In this document: positions 33,460 to 39,798 of the stretch, piece by piece
Numbering within the stretch: position 1 is the stretch's first letter
Layout of the letters: every line of letters begins with the position of its first letter
DNA from: Phycisphaerae bacterium
GTDB taxonomy: Bacteria > Planctomycetota > Phycisphaerae > UBA1845
Assembly (NCBI GenBank): GCA_036505095.1
Contig: DASXUA010000009.1
Location: 1-39,798 of the forward strand
Length of the DNA: 39,798 nt
Direction of reading: 5' to 3'
Program-made: the position numbers and the translations under genes
Notes under the pieces: model-generated
Databases searched by the model: none
What the model saw: the letters and a program-made list of their open reading frames with translations, nothing else
Told to the model about the DNA's origin: nothing

Positions 33460-35517
33460 TCAAGTGATGGGCGGCAGCGTTCGGCCCACGGCATCCTCGC
33501 ACATGCAATGGAGCTGATCCGGCGTGAACGTCGGTTCGCCGCGAATCTCGATGGTCTTGTTGGTTTCGCTCTCCAGTCGATTCAGCGCCGCGCGGCGGCG
33601 GTTCTGAACCAGTGAGGCCACTGCGGGACTGACGACCACGGTGACCTTCGTGACCTCCGCCCGATCGATCGCCAGATGAACCACGCGCATAACGTCCAGC
33701 GACATCGTCTCGGGTGTCTTGATCAAGCCGCTGCCGTGGCATTGCGGACAATCGGCATAGAGCGCACGGCGGATCGAGCGGCGCTGCCGCTGGCGCGTCA
33801 TCTCAATCAGGCCGAACGAGCTGGTGCGCAGAATGCGGGCGCGTTCCTTGTGCTTTTTCAGGGCATCGCGCAGGGCCTTTTCGACGTTGCGCTTATGGCG
33901 GTCGTAGCGCATGTCAATGAAATCACAAACGATCACGCCGCCCAGGTCGCGGAGCCTGAGCTGCCGGGCGATTTCCTCGGCGGCCTCGAGATTGGTCTTG
34001 TAGGCCGTCTCTTCGGCGTCGCTCAATTCGCGGAACTTGCCGCTGTTGACATCGATCGCCACCAGCGCCTCAGTCGGATCGATCACGATCGAGCCGCCCG
34101 ACGGCAGCGGCACCCGCCGCGAATTGATGCGGTCGATCTCGGCGTCGATCCTGAATTTGTGGAAGAGGGGTTCGCGGCCGCGGTAGACCTCGACCACATC
34201 CGGCGTGCGCGGCATGACGATCCGCAGGAACTCGCGCACCTTCTGCCCGGTGGGCTCGTCATCGACCACAATCCGCTTGAACTCGTTGGTATACACGTCG
34301 CGAATGGTGCGCACCAGCAAGTCCGACTCGCGGTACAGCTCGGCCGGCGGGTTGAGCGTGCGGATGCGCTCGGCCACGGTCTTCCACAGCCGTTGCAGAT
34401 AATGCAGGTCGCGCTGCAACTCGCGCTTGGGCTGATCGACGCCGGCCGTCCGCAGGATGAATCCCATGCCCTTCGGCAGCTCGAGTTGCATCAGCGCCTC
34501 GCGCATCTTGCGCCGCAGCACTTCATCCTCGATCTTGCGCGAAACGCCGTGGTGACTCATGCCCGGCATCATGACCAGATACCGGCCGGGAATCGACAGA
34601 TACGTCGACAGCGTCGGGCCTTTGGTGCCGATGCCCTCTTTGGTCACCTGCACGATCACGGCGTCGCCGCGGCGGAAGCACTTCTGGATGGGCGGCCGGT
34701 CGCGGCGCGGCACCTTGCGGCCGACCTCTTCGGCCTCGCCGCGATGATCGGGGAAGTACTGCGGCTGCACATCTGAAATGTGCAGGAAGCCGTTCTTGGC
34801 CTGCCCAAAATCGATGAATGCCGCTTGAATGCTCGGCTCGACGTTGGTGATGCGGCCCGAGTAAATGTTGCCGACGTAGGACTCGGTGCTCTGCCGTTCG
34901 ATGAACAGCTCTTCGAGGCGGCCGTCCTGCAGGATGGCGATGCGGCACTCGTCACCATCGGACGTGTTGATGATCATCTCGCGCGCCTGGCGCGGCGCGG
35001 GCCCGCCCTCCTCCGCCACCTCCTCCTCGGCTTCGTGTACTTCCAGCCCAACGCCTTCCTCGCCACGCGAGACCAGTAACTCGTCGTCGCGCTCGAAGAG
35101 GCTCTCGGTCGGCTCCTCGGCATAGGCCTGATCGAGCGTGGGCGCGGCCGTCTCGATGGGTTCGGACTTGCCTTTGCCGCGCCGGCGACGGCCGCCACGT
35201 CGGCCCCGTTTTTTCTCGGGCCCGGTGGCAACCTCGCCCTTCAGCCGCGCCACGGCCGGCACGGTCAGCAGCGGTACGGCGGCCGGCGGCGGCTCGGCGA
35301 TCACCGGGCCGGCATCATCGGGCGGCTCCACTGCATCCGGCGAATAGGCATGGGCGATCCCGTCAGAAACCCGCTCGGACGAAGCCGCCGGATCGGCGCG
35401 CGTGGCCGCTTCATTCACCTTGACGGCGGCCGGTTTACGTCCACCCCTGCCGCGCCGGCGGCGCGGGCGTTTTCGGGCATCCGTCTCAGATTCGTTCGCT
35501 GTCGGCTCTACTGCCAT
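33460..35517 (-). CDS. rng: Rne/Rng-family ribonuclease (RNase E/G) with Arg-rich N-terminal extension
   Basis: S1 domain VGNIYSGRITNVEPSIQAAFIDFG. Catalytic region AIDVNSGKF and VIVCDFIDM. Zn-link CPQCHGSG. Confidence 0.85.
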   Translation of the reverse strand: MAVEPTANESETDARKRPRRRRGRGGRKPAAVKVNEAATRADPAASSERVSDGIAHAYSPDAVEPPDDAGPVIAEPPPAAVPLLTVPAVARLKGEVATGPEKKRGRRGGRRRRGKGKSEPIETAAPTLDQAYAEEPTESLFERDDELLVSRGEEGVGLEVHEAEEEVAEEGGPAPRQAREMIINTSDGDECRIAILQDGRLEELFIERQSTESYVGNIYSGRITNVEPSIQAAFIDFGQAKNGFLHISDVQPQYFPDHRGEAEEVGRKVPRRDRPPIQKCFRRGDAVIVQVTKEGIGTKGPTLSTYLSIPGRYLVMMPGMSHHGVSRKIEDEVLRRKMREALMQLELPKGMGFILRTAGVDQPKRELQRDLHYLQRLWKTVAERIRTLNPPAELYRESDLLVRTIRDVYTNEFKRIVVDDEPTGQKVREFLRIVMPRTPDVVEVYRGREPLFHKFRIDAEIDRINSRRVPLPSGGSIVIDPTEALVAIDVNSGKFRELSDAEETAYKTNLEAAEEIARQLRLRDLGGVIVCDFIDMRYDRHKRNVEKALRDALKKHKERARILRTSSFGLIEMTRQRQRRSIRRALYADCPQCHGSGLIKTPETMSLDVMRVVHLAIDRAEVTKVTVVVSPAVASLVQNRRRAALNRLESETNKTIEIRGEPTFTPDQLHCMCEDAVGRTLPPIT

Positions 35518-36242
35518 TCTACCTCCACGCGCCGGATGAAATGCCGGACCGCGCTCAGATTAATTTCCAATGCTTGACATATTTCGGCCGGCTTGGCGCT
35601 GCCTGCGGGTGTGATGCGCAGGAGCATGTCCAGCTCGATCGGCCATTTTTCGTTGCCCGCCACGACCTCCAATCGTTCGACATACGGGCGAATATCCAGT
35701 GATTTGCCGCCAGGATGCTTTGGGCTGCGGCGCTGCACGCGGCACGCGGCGCTCTGCAGCAGCGCGCTGACGCGCTCGGAGAGCACCGCCACATCCGGCG
35801 CGGCGTCCGTCGCCAGCCCGATCCGATAGGCCGCGCGCACCGGCAGGCAGGTGTCCGTAGGGCGCAATTCCCAGGCGCGGGTAATCCGGATTCCGGCAGG
35901 CATCTCAGCGGCCAGCCGCGCCAGGGCCTCTTGCGGCGCGATCGGCTCGTCCAGCCCGATGATGACGCGCTCGGCCGTCGACGCCATCGCCACGGAGCGC
36001 GGCAACGGCAGCGAAATCTGCGGGTGCGGATTGAACCCCAAACTGTGATGCACCGGCAGCCCGGCCCGAGACGTGGCGCGCGCGAACAGGCGCAGCATGT
36101 CCGAATGAGCCAGGAACCGGACATCACCGTCCACGGTGAAGTCCATGGCTTGGCGAAGGATCACGTTGGCGTATATCTCGTCGCGCCGCGTTCTAACGCA
36201 TTGCGGGCGGGTGGCATGCTTACCCGCTTCGCGTGAAAGCAT
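35508..36242 (-). CDS. DUF2344 / TIGR03936-type radical-SAM-associated protein
   Basis: GDVRFLAHSDMLRLFARATSRAGLPVHHSLGFNPHPQISLPLP is typical of this family. It overlaps the RNase E/G start by 10 nt, which is the usual synteny. Confidence 0.7.
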   Translation of the reverse strand: MLSREAGKHATRPQCVRTRRDEIYANVILRQAMDFTVDGDVRFLAHSDMLRLFARATSRAGLPVHHSLGFNPHPQISLPLPRSVAMASTAERVIIGLDEPIAPQEALARLAAEMPAGIRITRAWELRPTDTCLPVRAAYRIGLATDAAPDVAVLSERVSALLQSAACRVQRRSPKHPGGKSLDIRPYVERLEVVAGNEKWPIELDMLLRITPAGSAKPAEICQALEINLSAVRHFIRRVEVEWQ

Positions 36243-36248
36243 GCCACC

Positions 36249-38015
36249 CTAGATCGGGTCTTCCGGCAACAGCTTGCGCGTTTCCTCGCGCAGGAAGTTG
36301 GTCACGGCGCGTTCAGTCTCTAGCGTCAAAGCCCGGCGCGCAATGCGCTGAGCGTCGCTGATGTTAGCCAGCCGGATGAGCTTCTTGACTTCCGGCACAT
36401 TGGCGGGAGCCATCGAAAAACACCGCAGGCCCAGACCCAGCAGCAGCAAGGTATACATCGGCTGCCCGGCCATTTCACCGCATAGACTACACTCAACCTT
36501 GGCCCGGGCACAAGTTCGGATGACCTGGCGGATGGACCGCAATAAGGCTGGGTGCGAAGTGCTGTATAGCCGGGCCACCCGCTCGTTCCCCCGGTCAATG
36601 GCCAGCATGTACTGCACCAAGTCGTTCGTCCCGATGCTCATAAAGGCGGTTTCGCGGGCAAATTCGGCACATTGCCCCACGGCCGCCGGCGTTTCGACCA
36701 TCATGCCGACCGCGATATCCCGCCCGAATGGCAGGCCCTCTTCCTCCAGATCTTCCATGACGTCACGCAAAACCATTTTTGCCTGCCGCAGCTCCATCAG
36801 GCTGACGATCAGCGGGAACATCAGCCGCACCGTCCCGGGCGGCGCGTCGGCCCCCGCCCGCAGGATGGCCCGGAGCTGCACTTTGAACATCGCCAGGTTC
36901 TGCAGCGAATAGCGGATCGAGCGCAGCCCCAGCATCGGGTTATTCTCACGCTCGAAACGGCGCTCCTGCGTGTATTTGTCGGCCCCCAGATCGAAGGTGC
37001 GGATCGTGATGGGATGACCAGCGGCGCCGGCGATCGCTTCCCTGTACGCGGCAAGCTGCTCCTCTTCATCCGGGCCGGAGCTGGCGCTGGCACTCTCGGA
37101 GCGGAGGAAGAGGAACTCCGTCCGGTATAACCCTACGCCGTTGGCACCTTGAGCCAGGCTGGTGGCGGCCTCATGCGGGAATTCGATGTTTCCCAGCAGC
37201 GAAATGCCGGTGCCGTCGAGCGTGACCGCCGGCAGGTCGCGCAGGCCGGTCAGCTCACTGCTGAGCGAAGCGTAGTGCGCCTGCTGCGTCTGGTACTCGC
37301 GAATGGTGTTCTCGTCCGGCCGGACAATCACCAGTTGGTTGACGGCATCGATGATGACGGTGTCGCCGCCGCTGACGCGCGTGGAGATGTCTTTGAGCCC
37401 GATGACCGCCGGCCGGCCCAGCGAGCGCAGGAGAATAGCCGTGTGCGAGGTCGGACCGCCCACGTCGAGCGTGACACCCGCCACGCGGCTTTGACCGAGT
37501 TGCGCCGTCTGGGTGGGTGACAGGTCATGGGCTACCAGGATCACCGGCGCGGTCAGGTGCGCCAGATCCTCGCGCCGCTCGCCCAGGATATGCCGCAACA
37601 GCCGCCGCTCAATATCCACCACGTCGCGACTACGCTCGACGAGCAACGGATCGGAAAGCTGCAGGAACCGCCGCTGCCGCTCTTTGAGGACCGTGGAGGC
37701 GGCGTAGGCGGCCGACCACAGGTATTTCTTGATCTGGGCGATGATGTCGCGGCGGAGCTTGGGCTCGGCCAGCACGCCCATATGCCAGTCGAAGATGGCG
37801 CCGGCATCGTGGCCCAGCGAACGGCCGACGGTTTCCTTCTGTTGGGCAATCTCGGCGATGGCCTGTTGAACGGCGTGCTCGAGTAGTTCAATCTCGGCCG
37901 GCAGTTCGGCAGGGGTAATGGTGGTCTGCGGGATGCGATAGTCCTCGCTCCCGACCAGGACCGCCTCGGCGATCGCCACGCCGGTGGACACCGAATTGCC
38001 GGTATAAATCTCCAT
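36249..38015 (-). CDS. ptsI: Phosphoenolpyruvate-protein phosphotransferase (PTS Enzyme I)
   Basis: Phospho-His motif GGPTSHTAILLRSLGRPAV, then MVETPAA, SIGTNDLVQY and CGEMAG. There is no N-terminal GAF domain. Confidence 0.9.
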   Translation of the reverse strand: MEIYTGNSVSTGVAIAEAVLVGSEDYRIPQTTITPAELPAEIELLEHAVQQAIAEIAQQKETVGRSLGHDAGAIFDWHMGVLAEPKLRRDIIAQIKKYLWSAAYAASTVLKERQRRFLQLSDPLLVERSRDVVDIERRLLRHILGERREDLAHLTAPVILVAHDLSPTQTAQLGQSRVAGVTLDVGGPTSHTAILLRSLGRPAVIGLKDISTRVSGGDTVIIDAVNQLVIVRPDENTIREYQTQQAHYASLSSELTGLRDLPAVTLDGTGISLLGNIEFPHEAATSLAQGANGVGLYRTEFLFLRSESASASSGPDEEEQLAAYREAIAGAAGHPITIRTFDLGADKYTQERRFERENNPMLGLRSIRYSLQNLAMFKVQLRAILRAGADAPPGTVRLMFPLIVSLMELRQAKMVLRDVMEDLEEEGLPFGRDIAVGMMVETPAAVGQCAEFARETAFMSIGTNDLVQYMLAIDRGNERVARLYSTSHPALLRSIRQVIRTCARAKVECSLCGEMAGQPMYTLLLLGLGLRCFSMAPANVPEVKKLIRLANISDAQRIARRALTLETERAVTNFLREETRKLLPEDPI

Positions 38016-38061
38016 CGCTGTGCCGGATGCTCACTTCTTCCCCGCTCCGAGTTTTCAGTCC

Positions 38062-38166
38062 TGTAGCGTCGCCCCGCGTGGGCGGCGCGCCGGGGACAAG
38101 CCCCGACGCTACATGCGGCGCGCCTTAACCCGCGCCGCGCTGCGGGGGACAAGCCCCGACGGTACA
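38062..38166. repeat. Intergenic repeat cluster between ptsH and ptsI
   Basis: Direct 22-mers ggggacaagccccgacgctaca (38092-38113) and ggggacaagccccgacggtaca (38145-38166). tgtagcgtcg (38062-71) is the inverse of cgacgctaca (38104-13). Confidence 0.6.
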
Positions 38167-38170
38167 GACT

Positions 38171-38488
38171 TCATCCAAGCTCCTCGCCGAAGCCTTCCCC
38201 AATGAGCTTGGCCAGCGCTTCTACGGCCTGTTCGGCGTCGGCGCCTTCCGCCACGATCTGCAAGCAGCTTCCCAAGGGCGCTTCGAGCAGCAACATCTCC
38301 ATGGGACTCTTGCCGTCGACCACCTCGCCCGCGGTCCCGCCCGGCTGGGGATGGCGTTGAGGACCCGTCACCTTGCTCAACCGCACCGTGCTGGCGAACG
38401 TGCCCGCCAGATCGATGAACTTCATCACCGGCCGGGCGTGCAACCCCTCCCGGTTCACAATGGTTACGGTGCGGACGGCCCGGGTCAC
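38171..38488 (-). CDS. ptsH: Phosphocarrier protein HPr/NPr
   Basis: The active-site His lies in REGLHARPV. A Ser46-like region is present (GKSPMEMLLL). Confidence 0.85.
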   Translation of the reverse strand: MTRAVRTVTIVNREGLHARPVMKFIDLAGTFASTVRLSKVTGPQRHPQPGGTAGEVVDGKSPMEMLLLEAPLGSCLQIVAEGADAEQAVEALAKLIGEGFGEELG

Positions 38489-38490
38489 GG

Positions 38491-38958
38491 CTATGCCATT
38501 TCATCCGCTTCCAGGATCAGTTCCTGGATCATCTCGCGCGTGTCCGCCTGCCGCAGGAACCGCCGGAAATTATCGCGCTGCAGGTGCCGGAAAATCCGCT
38601 CCATCGCGCCCAGATGACCATCCGGATCCGACGCCGGGCTCAGCAGCAGCACGACGGTGTAGACCGGCGCGCGGTCCAGCGCGGCAAAGTCTACGCCCGC
38701 ACTCGAGCGGCCGATCGTGGCGACCATCTTGGGGATCGACGCATGTTTCACGTGCGGCACGGCCACTCCTTTGCCGAAGCCGGTGCTGCCCTGATTCTCC
38801 CGGGTGATGGCGGACCGCGCCACGGTCTCGACCGCTTCCTGCGGCAGCGCGCTGTGATCGGCCAGCGTTTGCACCAACTCGCGGATGACACCATTGCGAT
38901 CGGTCGCTTTGAGTTCCGGAATGACTGAGGGAATGACGATGAAATCCGCCAATCTCAT
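38491..38958 (-). CDS. ptsN: PTS EIIA-Ntr (fructose/mannitol-type IIA, nitrogen regulatory)
   Basis: GFGKGVAVPHVKH phospho-His motif. 155 aa. Located in hpf-ptsN synteny. Confidence 0.85.
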   Translation of the reverse strand: MRLADFIVIPSVIPELKATDRNGVIRELVQTLADHSALPQEAVETVARSAITRENQGSTGFGKGVAVPHVKHASIPKMVATIGRSSAGVDFAALDRAPVYTVVLLLSPASDPDGHLGAMERIFRHLQRDNFRRFLRQADTREMIQELILEADEMA

Positions 38959-38994
38959 ATCCGTAGTCCAGTTTCTGAGTTCTGAGTCCGAATC

Positions 38995-39044
38995 GGGAGG
39001 GTGAGGCTCCTGCCGAGCTGGTTCGGCGGGAGCCTCACCCTCCC
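38995..39044 (-). terminator. 16-bp perfect hairpin between hpf and ptsN (terminator or processing site, no U-tract)
   Basis: gggagggtgaggctcc (38995-39010) and ggagcctcaccctccc (39029-39044), with an 18-nt loop. It begins 5 nt after the hpf stop codon. Confidence 0.45.
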
Positions 39045-39048
39045 TCTT

Positions 39049-39432
39049 TCATCGGCCCCGCTTGCGGCTGCTTCGTCCGGCACGCGGCTTGGTTGCCCCG
39101 GCACGCGGCTTCAGCGGCCCGCCGCGCGGCGCGGCCGGGTGCTTGCGATTGCGGACGCGCTCCTTGTGCCGGGTCAACTGCCGTTCGAGCTTGTCGACCG
39201 CCGCGTCGATCAAGGCAAACGTGTCCGGGCCCAGCTCATGCGCCACGAACAAGCGGCGCCCTTCGGTATTCACGATAAACTCGACGGAAAACTGCCCCGA
39301 CTCGTGGCCCAGGACGATCTCGATGGCCTGAATGCGATCGAAGTATTTCGGCAGCTTGAGTGCCTTGTCCTGCGCGTAGCGCTTTACCTCATCCGTGATC
39401 TCGACGTGTCGGCCGGTAACGGAAAGCTGCAC
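39049..39432 (-). CDS. hpf: Ribosome hibernation promoting factor (HPF/RaiA family, short form)
   Basis: VQLSVTGRHVEITDEVKRYAQDKALKLPKYFDRIQAIEIVL... is typical of HPF. GGAGG lies 7 nt before the GTG at 39432. The longer ORF to 39531 has no support. Confidence 0.85.
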   Translation of the reverse strand: MQLSVTGRHVEITDEVKRYAQDKALKLPKYFDRIQAIEIVLGHESGQFSVEFIVNTEGRRLFVAHELGPDTFALIDAAVDKLERQLTRHKERVRNRKHPAAPRGGPLKPRAGATKPRAGRSSRKRGR

Positions 39433-39597
39433 CCACGCACCTCCTGCCACAACAGGGCAGAGCCCTTCGCTGACGGGCGGCATTTCTCCCCGCCGTTTGA
39501 ACAATCCTGAGAAGCCGACGCCACGAACCACCGTTGTCCGGCGCTTCCCGCCATTCGGACACCGTCGGCCGACTCAATCTAGGTGCTGTCCGCAACA

Positions 39598-39685
39598 GCG
39601 TCAACCCTTGACACGCCGCGGGCGAAGCCGCTCGCAAAGCGTGCGAGCGAGCCGCGCAGCGGCTCGCGGCGTGTCAAGGGTCAAC
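39598..39685. repeat. Compound palindrome upstream of hpf
   Basis: The outer arms are cccttgacacgccgcg (39605-20) and cgcggcgtgtcaaggg (39665-80). They enclose two inner hairpins (gctcgca/tgcgagc and cgagccgc/gcggctcg). Confidence 0.6.
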
Positions 39686-39744
39686 CTGCCTAGTAAGCAA
39701 TGCTCCAAGCGCGGCCGCCCGGATGTTTCGCGCTACGGCGAAGC

Positions 39745-39773
39745 ACGTTTAGCCGCAACCCCGAAGGGGTGCG
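39745..39773. repeat. Small hairpin repeat (acgtttagccgc family), copy 2
   Basis: acgtttagccgcaaccccgaaggggtgcg. It has the same 29-nt frame as 33318-33346, with a compensatory stem change. Confidence 0.6.
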
Positions 39774-39798
39774 TTGCGATTGCCGCGTGCGTGCGCCG

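Noticed and set aside
38092-38166. Direct 22-nt repeats separated by a 31-nt spacer, checked as a possible mini-CRISPR array.
   Set aside because: There are only two copies and they are imperfect. They are embedded in a palindromic REP-like context between ptsH and ptsI, and no cas genes are in the window.
39433-39531. N-terminal extension of the hpf ORF (MVRGVGFSGLFKRRGEMPPVSEG...).
   Set aside because: HPF homology starts at VQLSVTGRH, and a GGAGG lies 7 nt upstream of that GTG. The extension has no support.

Overview
High-GC bacterial chromosomal window. Several features suggest Planctomycetota: CxxCGYDL...CPECG tails, dockerin-like secreted proteins, and intergenic repeats that read as RQDAKDAK or SQISD in translation. 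This taxonomic guess is inference only. Most of the window is housekeeping. On the + strand: a partial ccsA-type cytochrome c biogenesis gene, an inositol monophosphatase-family gene, msrB and a thioredoxin-NHL protein. On the - strand: a translationally coupled HEAT-lipoprotein/mreD/mrdA/rodA operon, two tandem GT39-like glycosyltransferases, lgt, panC, RNase E/G with its DUF2344 partner, and an hpf-ptsN-ptsH-ptsI regulatory PTS cluster. The most unusual locus is at 19.95-20.40 kb. A near-consensus promoter is followed by a 25-codon Ser/Cys-rich mini-ORF, a strong intrinsic terminator with a competing antiterminator pairing, and then two tandem 85-nt tRNA-Ser genes (anticodons CGA and GCU). 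Both tRNAs fold best as a tRNA-Sec/allo-tRNA-like 8/4 cloverleaf (8-bp acceptor stem, 6-bp D-stem with 4-nt loop, 4-bp T-stem, no U8). Other notable items: (1) an IcmF-like acyl-CoA mutase split into a B12-domain/MeaB-GTPase fusion and a separate large subunit with ICM-type Phe/Gln specificity residues; (2) a tRNA-Leu(UAG) whose 5' half is duplicated 2.3 kb away, bracketing a decayed segment; (3) a ~115-bp palindromic element present in inverted copies on both sides of the elongasome operon; (4) an FHA/zinc-ribbon/rhomboid fusion; (5) an orphan beta-class DNA methyltransferase; (6) a promoter-equipped two-gene cassette of unknown function. All product calls come from motif recognition by eye. 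No database search was run.
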